From Macrostomum lignano (lineage: Eukaryota): a DNA stretch of 64,000 bases. This document shows positions 16,778-29,719 of this stretch, piece after piece. The stretch covers positions 186,001-250,000 of the forward strand of contig NIVC01000106.1 of NCBI GenBank assembly GCA_002269645.1, read 5' to 3'. The notes beneath the pieces were generated by a model, which saw only the letters and a program-made list of their open reading frames with translations, did not search any database and was not told the DNA's origin. Position numbers and translations under genes: made by a program. The stretch's first letter is position 1. Every line of letters starts with the position of its first letter.

Positions 16778-17173
16778 TGCCGCTTGACAATAGACATATA
16801 TATTACTCCAAGCTTTCATTCATCAATGGTAAATTAAACTAAGCTCCTTAAAAATGCGCGCATGGCTTAAATTTCACAGGTGAACAACTTTTTTCTTAAT
16901 AAAAATCGACCAGTTTTGCAGGTTTGTTGCTTTTTGCTCCTCTAACGTTTTTTTACTGAATACGTGCGCAATTGAACCGAAAGAAGAGGCTCAGATAACA
17001 GATTTTATAGTGGAATATCATTTTAGAGGTGGTAAGCCCCAAAAAAAAGCTTACCTGCTGATTACTGAGTACGATGCGTGCTCGGACCATTCTAACCTGT
17101 GGGAGCGCGGCGCGGCTTTATCTACGAGTATCACTCTGTGCGCAAACGGAATAAGCTACAATACATTACGATA

Positions 17174-17204
17174 CGCCGTGAGTGTGGTTCACATGGCATA
17201 CTAG
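17174..17204 (+). mobile_element. Helitron-like 3' terminus (hairpin plus CTAG)
   Basis: GCCGTGA-GTGTGGT-TCAC(AT)GGC imperfect hairpin followed by ATACTAG|T; 5' end not located. Confidence 0.5.
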
Positions 17205-17567
17205 TTAGTTTAGTTCTTCTGCACACTTACAGCAACTTTTACAAGTCACCATGCAGCATTCAAAACCCGTCAAAATATTCAATGAAATTTGATAACAAAG
17301 TAGCAAAATATCAATAACACGATCCCGATATATTTCTTGTCCATCATAAGCCGGTCAGACCATCTCAGGACTTAAATCGCGCGATGCATTTTTTGAGATG
17401 TTCGTTTTTTAGAAGCAAATTCTGGGCCTTTCGCAGTTTTAATGTTAGTAATAATTTTCACCCCAGTTTTGACTTAACACCTATAACCAAAAGCTCTTCA
17501 AAAGGCTATGTCAGTTTGATGTCAGTTCAGGACTCCAACCGAAACGAAAGACAGCAGACTAATTAGT

Positions 17568-19616
17568 TTAATGAGGCGCAACACCTCCGCAGTAGGTGAG
17601 ATTGACCCCGATAGAAGCGTTGAGCGGCTGCAGGAGGCACAACTCTCGCCAGTAGAACGACAGGTAAACATCCTGATAAGCCCGCAGTACGATGGCCGCC
17701 ACCATGAACATCAGCAGGCACAGCCACGTGACGCACCGTCGGATCAGCACGGGTCTCAGTGGTGGCAGCTTTGCTGGACGACTGACATCGAACTCAATGT
17801 CGCTCTCGTACGGAGTTGAGTAGATCCGGGAGGCACGACGAATGTGGTTCTGCCTCGGCAGCAGGCTCGCATTCTCCGCGTCTAGAGGGGCCGAGGACGT
17901 TTTGGCAGCCTTCGTCCCGGCGACCCGGCTCGCCGCAACCAGCACCTCCTTTTCCCAGTTGGTACGCCAAATTATTATCCAGAATACGACAGTCTCAAAG
18001 GAAAGTCCGATCAGCAGGCCAACCCAAAAGCCGCGAATCTCCATCTTAGTAAGCAGACTCAACGGAATGCCAATAGGTATCGCCACTGCATAGTAGGCAA
18101 TCAGATTGACGACTGCACCAATAAACTGTCTACCGCTGCCCTTCAGCACACCTGAAGCAGTTGCTGAGAGTCCGTCAACATAGGGAAATGGTGCGTATAT
18201 TGTCATTAACTCAGCGGTGGCGTCTCGAACAACCGGGTCGCTGGTGAAAAGGTTGGCAACGAAAGACTGACAAGTTGAGAACAAGATGCACAGGATGGTG
18301 GAAGTTGTAAGAATCATTGTCACAGCTACTTTGTAGGTGTGCTTCGCCTTCTCAATCTGCTTAGCTCCAATGTGCTGGCCAACCCGGATGTTCACAGCAA
18401 TGGACATACCGAGAGAGACCATGTAGGACAGGACTGCAGCTTGAAACACGATGCCCTGAGCTGCCAGCTGAAGTGTGCTGATACTGCCTGCAACAAACGT
18501 TCCAATCTGAAATTGTAGGGGATAAAATTTAGCCAATATGTTCATCAATTAGTGCTTGATGCAGACGGCAATAAAAGCTGTAAACTGTAAAACCCTACCT
18601 CAAAACTGACTTCCTCTAAAGCAACAAGCATTAGTCCTGGCACAGCCAGCCGGACGAATCCGCCGATGTCGTACAGAGCTTCAATCGTCCAGCCGTCCCA
18701 CGTGTCCTCATAGACGCCCGACACTCGAATGTACGCGATTATGCAGGCGCACATCACGAACAGCGACGCTGCCTGACACGCTGCGGACGCCTCGTACTGA
18801 AAGCCCAACACGTAGATTGCGATGTACTGAGACACTGCGTTGAACACGTTCCCGATGAAGGCGCAGATCAGAGGCGGGTACACTCGGTTCTGAGTCTGTA
18901 GGTACCGAGCCAGCACCAGAAACGTGTAGTCAAAGAACACGCCCGGCATGAAGATCAGGATGTACTGCGACGCCATGTCACTGACTACTGGGTCTTGACC
19001 CAACAGAAGCAGCAACGGCTTGATGTTCAGGTGCAAGCAGTACACAGGGATCAGGAACATGTACATGACAATGAGACTGCGCTGCAGATAGAGACCGACT
19101 CTCTTCCTGTAGGCGCTGCCGTAGGTCTGAGCGAAGTACGTGTCGCATCCGGTGGACAGGCCAAGACCGATACCCAGGCCTGCAACGTTGATGAGCGTGC
19201 AGGCAAGAGCGGCCGCGTCCAGCTGTTCCTTGGACAGGTGGCCGCACATGATCACGCTGATGGTCTGCAAGAAGATCTGGAAGAAGCACGTGAGGAACGA
19301 CGGCAAGTGGAGCTTGCCGATCTCGCGGAACTCCTTCCAGTATCCGAGCGGGAAAAAGCGCTGGCCGAACTTTTCCGTGAAGGACAGTAGCTTCAGTTGC
19401 ACAGTGTCGGGACGCGGTCTGGGGGGTTGAATTAGCAAAAAACTCTCAAATGTTTTCCGAAGCGAGCAAGACAATTCGGAAAATTTCGTTATAAACTTAC
19501 TCGTACGAAGTCGATCCTTCTGGGACAGTTCCGTAGCCACCCTTCTGGGAAACCCGGTCGAGCCCCAGCGACGCCTCGTGCTGGCGCTCGGCCCGACCTG
19601 AAGAAGCAAACGACAT
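17568..19616 (-). CDS. SLC47A1: MATE family (SLC47A-like) multidrug/toxin extrusion transporter, copy 1, about 624 aa
   Basis: Exons 19616-19501, 19418-18599, 18506-17568 (phases 2, 0). Motifs CGHLSKEQLDAAALA, GLSTGCDTYFAQTYG, RVGQHIGA, DGLSATASGVLKGSGRQ, and an extra C-terminal TM. The symbol indicates family, not proven orthology. Confidence 0.95.
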
Positions 19617-20783
19617 TTCAATGGCTCACTACATAAAATAACGTTGGAACAAGCGCCGCCCTAGAGCTATAAGCTATTTTCCTGACATTAATTCGTGGAT
19701 TGAGTTTTCTTGCTAGAGAAGCGTGACATTCGCCTAGTTCATTTCTTGAGCTTTATGAACTCTCCTTGCCCATACTTGAGCCACGAGTTTATCTCTGGAA
19801 CTGCAAGTAGTGAAGACATTTTTGAACCCAGATTGCTTTATCAGAGCTCGGTCGGACGTCTATTGAGCAAAAGAAAATAACGCTTTTTCATGGAAATCTT
19901 AAGCTGTAGCAAAAGAATCATTATAAATAACGCTGAATTAGTCACGCCATTAACTGTTGGCCTCTTGGAATTTGTACTCGAACGTCATTTTTAAACAGCC
20001 GGTCGAATTTACGGTTCGAATAAGTTTTTTAGGCCGAAGTTACGAGCGTTTGTTCCAATCCAACTAGCATTTTACAACGTTGATAAAAATTGTCGACATA
20101 CTTTACAAGGTAGACCATGTGATTGACGATATTCTCGGTAAAAAAGGCTACACCATCTACGGAAGTAGATTTGAAGCAAAATTTACTTTTAAGCAAGACG
20201 TAATTCGACTGCCCTGCATGCGATCTCAGACTATTTAAAGGTGAATTTTTTTCAAAAAAACTAAAGAAAACTTGACAAGGCATAGCAAGTAAAAAATTTC
20301 GGCCAAAATCGAGAGCGGACTGTTTAAAAACAATCGACATACCACTTTGGACTGCTCGATTTTATATTTCACACGGGCTGTAATCAATCAGTTTCAGGTG
20401 ATTCACTACATACACAGTAAGAATGAATTAGTGGTTTATACAATTGCAAGACAGCGCCAGCAAATGAAGTTCTTTAACAAAAAATCAATACGTAAAAGTA
20501 TAATTTTGAATAATAATTAAAACACGTATGATTTATTGTAGACAATTGAATGAATGAATTGGATATAAAAGTTTCCGATTTCTAAGTGGTCTCTCTTTAA
20601 AGAGAATGCTGTGAAAGATGGATCGCTGACAATTTGTGACACTTCAGTCTACCTTGGGATGAAATTGTTAGTTAGTACAAAAAGCCACAATCTAAAACAA
20701 AATAGCTAGCTCATTAAAATTGAAAACATCATGAGAGACACAGATTACCTACATTCTTGCGTTACACAAGCAAGCAAGGAATT

Positions 20784-23700
20784 TCACACCGGTACAGTTG
20801 TGTGGGTTTGTTCTAATAGCACTGTAGTATGATTGCCACCGGCGCAGCTCGTGCCAGCGCAGATGTAACGGTTCTGAAAGATTCGAAACAGCACAGCAAC
20901 AGTCAGGAGCAGCAGCAGAAGCAGCCAAGTTAGACAGCGACGAGCCAGCACTGGTCGCAGTGGCGGCAGCGAGTCCTGCTGCTCGATGCTCACTTCGGAT
21001 TCGCTCTCGTACGGTGTGTCGTAGATCCGTGACGCGTGCCGAATCCGTTTCGGACGACTCTCGGGTAGCAACGGAGTTATTTCATTAGCGCCGCCTGGCG
21101 AAGCGGCTGCAAGAAGTTTGGCCGATGAATCCGACCCCGCGACTCGGTGCTGAGCATCGCTGACTTCCTTCTCCCAATTGGTGCGCAGGACAATCGCCCA
21201 GAATACAAGGGTTTCACCGGCAAGACCGATCAGCAAACCGGTCCAGAAGCCGCGAATCTCCATCGAAGTGAGCAGACTCAACGGAATGCCGATAGGCATG
21301 GCCACTGCATAGTACGCAATGAGATTGACCACTGCACCAATCAACTGCCTACCGCTGCCTTTCAGCACACCTGAAGCAGTCGCTGAGAGTCCGTCAACGT
21401 AGGGAAACGGAGCGTACATGGTCAGCAGATCAGAGGCGGCGTCTCTCACTACCGGGTCGCTGGTGAACAGGCTGGCAACGTAGAACTGACACGTAGAGAA
21501 CAAGATGCAGATAATTGTTGACATTGTGAGAATCATTGTCACAGCTACTTTGTAGGTGTGTTTCGCCTTCTCAATCTGCTGAGCTCCAATGTGCTGACCA
21601 ACCCGGATGTTCACAGCAATGGACATCCCCAGCGAGACCATGTAGGACAGGACGGAAGCTTGGAATACGATGCCCTGAGCTGCCAGCTGAAGAGTGCTGA
21701 TACCGCCGGCAATGAAGGTACCGATCTGAGGAAAGGATAAAAGAACACAATGTGCGACAAAACCCTCTTAACTGTCTCTGTCAATTGGGTACATTTATTT
21801 ACGCGAGTACGGAAAAAAGGAAAAGACAGCCGTAAAATTTTATTTCCCCTCAAATTCATTGTGATATTAAATATCTAATTCAAAAAGCATCAGCTGTGCT
21901 TACCTCGAAGCATAATTCCTCCATCGCTACGAGCAGAAGGCCTGGCACAGCCAGCCGGACGAATCCGCCGATGTCGTACAGAGCTTCAATCGTCCAGCCG
22001 TCCCACGTGTCCTCATAGACGCCCGACACTCGAATGTACGCGATTATGCAGGCGCACATCACGAACAGCGACGCTGCCTGACACGCTGCGGACGCCTCGT
22101 ACTGAAAGCCCAACACGTAGATTGCGATGTACTGAGACACTGCGTTGAACACGTTCCCGATGAAGGCGCAGATCAGAGGCGGGTACACTCGGTTCTGAGT
22201 CTGTAGGTACCGAGCCAGCACCAGAAACGTGTAGTCAAAGAACACGCCCGGCATGAAGATCAGGATGTACTGCGACGCCATGTCACTGACTACTGGGTCT
22301 TGACCCAACAGAAGCAGCAACGGCTTGATGTTCAGGTGCAAGCAGTACACAGGGATCAGGAACATGTACATGACAATGAGACTGCGCTGCAGATAGAGAC
22401 CGACTCTCTTCCTGTAGGCGCTGCCGTAGGTCTGAGCGAAGTACGTGTCGCATCCGGTGGACAGGCCGAGACCGATCCCCATGCCCGCCACGTTGATGAG
22501 CGTGCAGGCGAGAGCGGCCGCGTCCAGCTGCTCCTTGGACAGGTGGCCGCACATGATCACGCTGATGGTCTGCAAGAAGATCTGGAAGAAGCACGTAAGG
22601 AACGACGGCAAGTGGAGCTTGCCGATCTCGCGGAACTCCTTCCAGTATCCGAGCGGGAAAAACCGCTCGCCGAAGAGTCTCAGGAGTTGCTTCACGTTTT
22701 GCTGAACTTTTGTCTTCTTTTTCATTCGAAATGGGATTTTTAACCTGTGGAGAGAACAAATTTCATTGAAATTGATTGAAATTTGCTGCAGAAATGAGGA
22801 GCACAGTATTTTGTTAAGTTTTTTAAATCAGTTTACCAGCTAAATATGCCATCAACGGTCTGTTTTTTATCAAACTTACATGTAAGACAACTCCCCGCAG
22901 TATCAGTACAGTTGTGCTTAAAAGCGAAGTGATCTATCTCTAACAATGACAACAGTCGCAATTTTCTGAGATGCCGATGATTTCCTACACCCACTTGCGA
23001 TCGTATCGCATAACTTTCGACTCCATCATCATGTTTCTGCTGTATTTAATTGCACGTTATAATTACGCTAACCAATATTGTTTTGATCGCTTTTGCCTGG
23101 CAAAAGCGTTAATTGCGGGGAGTCTCAAGGTCAGGAGATGGGGTGCTGGGAATCTCAAGGTCAGGAGATAGGGTGCGAGGAATCTCAAGGTCAGGAGATA
23201 GGGTGCGGGGAATCTCAAGGTCAGGAGATAGGGTGCGGGGAATCTCAAGGTCAGGAGATAGGGTGCGGGGAGTCTCAAGGTCAGGAGATGGGGTGCTGGG
23301 AGTCTCAATGTCAGGAGATGGCGTGCGGGGAGTCTCAAGGTCAGGAGATAGGGTGCGGAGAATCTCAAGGTCAGGAGATAGGGTGCGGAGAATCTCAAGG
23401 TCAGGAGATGGGGTGCGGGGAATCTCAAGGTCAGGAGATAGGGTGCGGAGAATCTCAAGGTCAGGAGATGGGGTGCTGGGAATCTCAAGGTCAGGAGATA
23501 GGGTGCGGGGAATCTCAAGGTCAGGAGATGGGGTGCTGGGAATCTCAAGGTCAGGAGATAGGGTGCGGGGAATCTCAAGGTCAGGAGATGGCGTGCGGGG
23601 AGTCTCAATGTCAGGAGATGGCGTGCGGGGAGTCTCAAGGTCAGGAGATAGGGTGCGGGAATCTCAAGGTCAGGAGATAGGGTGCGGGGAATCTCAAGGT

Positions 23701-25408
23701 CAGGAGATGGGGTGCGGGGAATCTCAAGGTCAGGAGATAGGGTGCGGAGAATCTCAAGGTCAGGAGATGGGGTGCTGGGAATCTCAAGGTCAGGAGATAG
23801 GGTGCGGGGAATCTCAAGGTCAGGAGATGGGGTGCTGGGAATCTCAAGGTCAGGAGATAGGGTGCGGGGAATCTCAAGGTCAGGAGATGGCGTGCGGGGA
23901 GTCTCAATGTCAGGAGATGGCGTGCGGGGAGTCTCAAGGTCAGGAGATAGGGTGCGGGGAATCTCAAGGTCAGGAGATAGGGTGCGGAAATCTCAAGGTC
24001 AGGAGATGGGGTGCGGGGAATCTCAAGGTCAGGAGATAGGGTGCGGAGAATCTCAAGGTCAGGAGATAGGGTGCGGGGAGTCTCAAGGTCAGGAGATGGG
24101 GTGCTGGGAGTCTCAATGTCAGGAGATGGCGTGCGGGGAGTCTCAAGGTCAGGAGATAGGGTGCGGAGAATCTCAAGGTCAGGAGATAGGGTGCGGAGAA
24201 TCTCAAGGTCAGGAGATGGGGTGCGGGGAATCTCAAGGTCAGGAGATAGGGTGCGGAGAATCTCAAGGTCAGGAGATGGGGTGCTGGGAATCTCAAGGTC
24301 AGGAGATAGGGTGCGGGGAATCTCAAGGTCAGGAGATGGGGTGCTGGGAATCTCAAGGTCAGGAGATAGGGTGCGGGGAATCTCAAGGTCAGGAGATGGC
24401 GTGCGGGGAGTCTCAATGTCAGGAGATGGCGTGCGGGGAGTCTCAAGGTCAGGAGATAGGGTGCGGGGAATCTCAAGGTCAGGAGATAGGGTGCGGGGAA
24501 TCTCAAGGTCAGGAGATGGGGTGCTGGGAATCTCAAGGTCAGGAGATAGGGTGCGGGGAATCTCAAGGTCAGGAGATAGGGTGCGGAGAATCTCAAGGTC
24601 AGGAGATAGGGTGCGGGGAATCTCAAGGTCAGGAGATGGCGTGCGGGGAGTCTCAATGTCAGGAGATGGCGTGCGGGGAGTCTCAAGGTCAGGAGATAGG
24701 GTGCGGGGAATCTCAAGGTCAGGAGATGGGGTGCGGAAATCTCAAGGTCAGGAGATGGGGTGCGGGGAATCTCAAGGTCAGGAGATAGGGTGCGGAGAAT
24801 CTCAAGGTCAGGAGATAGGGTGCTGGGAATCTCAAGGTCAGGAGATAGGGTGCTGGGAATCTCAAGTTCAGGAGATGGGGTGCGGGGAATCTCAAGGTCA
24901 GGAGATAGGGTGCGGGGAATCTCAAGGTCAGGAGATGGCGTGCGGGGAGTCTCAATGTCAGGAGATGGCGTGCGGGGAGTCTCAAGGTCACGAGATGGCG
25001 TGCGGGGAGTCTCAAGTTCAGGAGATGGGGTGTCAGTACCTCCAGAAAGAGGGTGCGTTTACCTCTTAAAGTGTTTTTTTGTATACGCAGGGGTTACAAC
25101 TTACAAGTGGATGGAGATTCCTTAAGCAAAGGTTTTTATGGGAGTGGATCCGTCGCATTATGGTTGCAGTGCAGCGAGTAGAAGCATAAAAAAATGATTT
25201 GAATTATTGGCTACAGAATGAAGTGAAACGTCTATACTTACTCTGTGGCCGGATTCGAAGCTTCGTATGCTTGTCCGAGATGCGTCTTCATCACTGATGC
25301 TCGTGGCCCAGCGTCAGACGATGAGGCACAGTTGCTGGCGGTGCATCCGAGTCCGTACGGATTGTTTCTAAGAAACTCGCCATTCTTGATCGAAGCGATT
25401 GCTGGCAT
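20784..25408 (-). CDS. SLC47A1: MATE family (SLC47A-like) transporter, copy 2, about 649 aa
   Basis: Exons 25408-25242 (inferred; its phase-2 donor GA|gtaagt matches the acceptor at 22744), 22744-21904, 21725-20784. Same motifs and intron phases as copy 1. Confidence 0.92.
23114..25033 (+). repeat. 30-bp minisatellite, about 64 copies, in intron 1 of MATE copy 2
   Basis: GGGGAATCTCAAGGTCAGGAGATAGGGTGC with recurring variant blocks and occasional 29-bp units. Confidence 0.98.
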
Positions 25409-25827
25409 GCTGACGTTTCTTATAAGACAGTCCTATTATTTTGTCTGTTCTACTGCAACTTGAAAGGCCCTTTATATATACTGGTGTTTTGATTTAGACT
25501 TTGTGCACTATGAACCCAAATATTGGTTGGTGTGTATTATTTATGCACACGAGGAAACCTGGTTCGGTGCGTTCCAAATGGAACACAGCCGTGGGGGATG
25601 GGGGGGGGGCTGAGTGAGTGCGTACAGTCGAGAGACTATTTGCGAAGGTTTAATTGAAGTTGCTAATTGGGCCTCTGCAATAAAAGTAAGGCTGAGCAGT
25701 TCAAAGTTGTTATTGCCGGCCCGACTGACTAATATTAATTTCAAAAGCAAACCCCAACCCACACATGCACGTAGATTTAATCGCGCTCAAGCTGCCTAAA
25801 TGTGGCACTTATTATGCAACTATCGAT

Positions 25828-26760
25828 CTACACTATCTACACTATAATACTAGGCGAGTTAGTTGGAAATTTTTCTAGACAATATTTCAGCTTGAATAGG
25901 AATTTACTGGTCGACCCATTTCAGTGCTTTTCCGGGGGGGGGGTGAGGTTGTAAACTTTAGAAAATTGAAAAACGACTACGTTACTACATTACTTTAGTA
26001 ATGAGTAGTATGCACTATGTACTCAAGTAGGATGGGAAATCGCTACCATACGTTTTTGGAAACTGTGCTGTGCCATTTTTATGGTTTTAGGCACAGGACA
26101 TGTACGATTGTACGCAGGATACAAGAGCAACACAGAATCGTAATTTTCTAAACGAAAAGTTTTATGAATATCAATCTCTAACTATAAAAATCAAAACTCT
26201 GTGTGTGTGTGTGTGTCTGTGTGTGGACAATTTTGATCGCTATGGACTCCCAAACCGCTCAACCAAATTACACCAAACTGTACACCCACCCTAAACTCAC
26301 TACGGAGAATGTCTTAGGCTACCTTTTAATTTCCTAGACTCAAGTCTTCCTACCTAAAAGTACAAAAAACTGCTCAAAATGCGCGATTTTTCACTAAATC
26401 CTCCATAGCGCCGCTCCACTTCTACCGATTCTCTTCAAATTTGACACAATCAATTTTAAACTATTTTGACACAATCGTGTAAAATTTCGAGTCTCAAAGT
26501 TAATCCTGAACGGCGCTGTGCACTTTTAAAGTTTGGCTGTTTTTTTCAGCGAGGCAGCCACCCCAACCTCCGCCCGCCTGCCTCCCTCCCGATCTGGGCA
26601 AAGGGTGTGAATAGGTTTTAAAATGCCTAACTTTCGGCTGCCATAGTTTTGCTCCACGTGAAGCGATTGATTTCAAATTTGACACAATTCTTCATTAACT
26701 TATTCTCTATCTAAATGTAAAGGTCTCAACTCTGTAACTCAATCAGGACGGAAACTGTAA
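25828..26760 (+). mobile_element. Possible non-autonomous Helitron/Helentron-like interspersed repeat
   Basis: Starts ATCTACACTATCTACACTATAATA, has a (TG)n/GTCT tract and repeated CGATT...TCAAATTTGACACAAT motifs; 3' end not recognised. Confidence 0.35.
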
Positions 26761-27336
26761 GCATGTGAAGTTTGTCTGCTTTTTCTGTTGTTTGTGCCGC
26801 TCATTCACTTATTCCCCATGAAGACGAAGGGTCAGGCGATAGGGCTGAATGTACATGGCAACGTACAGTGTTTTGGAATAACTTTTAATAGCCTTCTCTG
26901 CAACCCCGCGAGTGGAGAGGCGTGGAGAGGAGAGACAGTTTCAGCGAGAGATTCAAACCACTGTCCTCTGTATAGACAAGTCTGCAGCAGTTTAATAGTG
27001 GATGGCAAACAGGCAAATCAAGGCAATGCAGGATGGTTTGTAAAAATAGCGAAAAATTAATGAATAACTTATTACAATGCAATCCTACTAAATTAGTTAC
27101 ACCATGAAGCTTTTAACATTAAGTTTCGCATAGGGTAACTTTAAAATCTAAATGACTCCTAAGAAATGCGCATTTCCTTCGTTGTTAGACTGCTGCACAG
27201 AGTGCAGACTGTGGTGGTGGAGCTGGAGATACACAAATTCCTCTCAGGGCTGCTAATTGGCGAGAAAGGTGACGTGATTAAAGCATGAGAAATGATAACC
27301 ATGATAGTACTACGTCCCACAAACTGGCTTTCGAAG

Positions 27337-27730
27337 CAGGGATCGGTAGATTTTTAACTCAAAGGCCAGATAAAGAATCCAACTCATGGCTGCGGGCCAG
27401 ATGAGAGTGAAAAAGAAAGGAATAGACTATTAGAAAGAGAGGAAGGGCGAGAGGGGGGTAAGAGAAAAGATATAAGATAACAGGAGAGACGAGTGGGGTG
27501 AAGATGAGGAGAGAGCAGAGAATATGGGAGGAGGAAGCGAGAGGAAGGGAGACAGGAGGGAGAGGAAAGAGTAGAGGTGAGAAGAGGAAGAGAGAAGAGG
27601 GGAGAGATGAGACAGAGGATCGATGAGAGAGGAGAGTAGAGAAGAGTGAGAAGAGAATAGAGAATAGAGAACAGAAAGGAGATAGGAGGGGAGAGAGAGG
27701 GAGAGAGGAGTGAGAAGAGAGGAGATAAGA

Positions 27731-27816
<86 letters not shown>

Positions 27817-28534
27817 GAGAAAGAAGAGAGGAGAAAGGAGAAATGATAGAGTAAAGGGAAGAAGAGGAGAGAGGAAAGATGATATTGTGGAGATGAGAGA
27901 GTAGAGATGAGAGATGAAGGAAGAGAGAGCAGAGTGCAAAGAGACAAGAGAAGAGAATAGAGGGGAGAGAGTATAGAAGAGGGAAGAGAAGAGGAGTAAG
28001 AAGAGAGGATTCAGTAGATGGGAAAGAGAAGAGTACACAGGAGAGTGGAGAGTAAAGATGACAGAAGAGAGAGGGGGTAGAGAGCAAAGATGAGAGTGAA
28101 CGCGATATATGAGAGGAGAGAGGAGAGTGAAGAAAGAAGAGAGAAGACAAGAGAGGGAGAGAATAGAAGAGGGAAGAGAAGAGAAGGGAAAAAGGAGAAA
28201 GGAAAGAGAGGAGTCAAAAGAGGGGAAAGAGAAGAGTACAGATAAGAGAGGTGAGAAAACATACGAGTATAAGTGAGTAAAGATGGCAGATGAGAGAGGG
28301 GATGAGAGACCAGAGACGAGAGTGAACAGACGAGAGATGGGAGAGTGAAAAGAAAAAAAGGATAGAAATAAGAGATGAGAGGTGAGACAAAGGGAGAGAG
28401 AAGTGAGTGAGGAGAGAGGAGGGGAGGGGAGAAAACCGAGAGGACAGGGGAAAGAGGAGAAGGATGAGAGAGGAGAGGAAACAGGGGAGAGATTAGAGGA
28501 GAAAGAGATATGGGACAGGAGAGAGCAGAGAGAT

Positions 28535-28603
<69 letters not shown>

Positions 28604-28852
28604 AGGAAATAGAGAGGAGAAAACATGCAGAAAGAATGAGAAGAGAGAAGAGAGAAAAGATAAAAGAAGAGATAGATAAGAGAGCAAAGACAAGAGAGAA
28701 GAGAGGTGAGGGAAGAGACAATAGAAGAGAGGAGAGAGGAGAGAGGAAAGAAGAGAAGAGATGAGAGGAGAGAGGAGAGAGTAGAGAGGAGGGAGGAGAG
28801 GAGGGATAAAAAAATAGAAGGAAGAGAGAATAGACGAGAGAATATAGGGGAT

Positions 28853-28896
<44 letters not shown>

Positions 28897-28995
28897 ACAG
28901 AGACAAGAGAGGGAGAGGAAACAGAAGAGAAGGTCGAAGTTTCTAAGAATCCAAGGGACATAAGGAGAGGCAGAGGCCAGAGTTTGCCTGTTCGC
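27337..28995. mobile_element. Degenerate copy of the hAT-like MITE at 1345-1631 with an expanded GA-rich interior
   Basis: Left end shares GGCCAGATAAAGAATCCA..TCAT.GCTGCGGGCCAGATGAGA; right end shares GAAGTTTC.AAGA.CC..GG.AC....AGAGGC....GGCC..AGTTTGCC. Confidence 0.75.
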
Positions 28996-29719
28996 AGCAC
29001 CCCAGCCAACAATATCAAATGTTTGCCTCAAATCCTAATTTTTCACAAATGTACTCTATTTTATGTTTAATTCTAACCTAACTATATATTAACGAGTTTT
29101 TGTTTGAGTTTGACCTCAGATTTTAGAATACGAGTACATGCAAAAATAGTTCCAGGGATTGAAATTCCCCGGGTTCAAAATCCGCGGGTTTCAACAGCTT
29201 GTAGAGCTATAAGAAAGACAAGAAATATCAAAAGATGAACATTGGGTCTGCCTCGTATCGAAAGCAATAACTATTTTTACGTGGAACAAAATCGAAAACC
29301 TCCTATCTACGCGATGTATCTTTTCGAAAGAAACCTGCCTCTTATAAATATTTCCAAGAAAGTCAGTTTCCCGTATTACTTGATCATAAAATTTCTTGGC
29401 TTGACTTGACTTTAAATTGATTAAAGCTAATAGTGTTTTATTGTCGGGCGCAATAATATTTTGCATATTTTGCACTTATTTAGGTTATCGTCAATTTTGC
29501 TTTTACAATATTTTAAAAACAATTATGTTAGCTTTATCTGATCTTTAAGTTTAATAGATTTTTCCAGGTATACAGGGGCTATTCAGTGCATGTACATGTA
29601 GCACATGTAGTACATATAGCACATGACAAATTGAGATAAGCTTATCTTTTTGAAACTTTTATTCGAGGAGTATGAGTATGTTTTCCTCATCAAGGGCCGC
29701 CAGCACCATGTGCTGCCAG

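Noticed and set aside
18545-19621. ORF-track N-terminus MKCRLLLQ... for MATE copy 1
   Set aside because: It starts at TTG and reads through an 82-nt intron; an ATG exon at 19616-19501 with the same phase-2 junction as the paralog fits better.
23063-25125. Long Gly/Ser/Cys-rich repeat ORFs (ESQGQEIGCG, GISRSGDRVR)
   Set aside because: A 30-bp satellite with frameshifting 29-bp units, lying in a MATE intron on the opposite strand.
27359-29031. Leu/Ser-rich membrane-protein-like ORFs up to 533 aa
   Set aside because: Antisense translation of GA-rich low-complexity DNA inside a MITE.
29191-29475. Possible LINE (zf-RVT-like) remnant, KKFYDQV...IY...FSILFH
   Set aside because: Similarity is too weak to call by eye, and there is no adjacent RT sequence.
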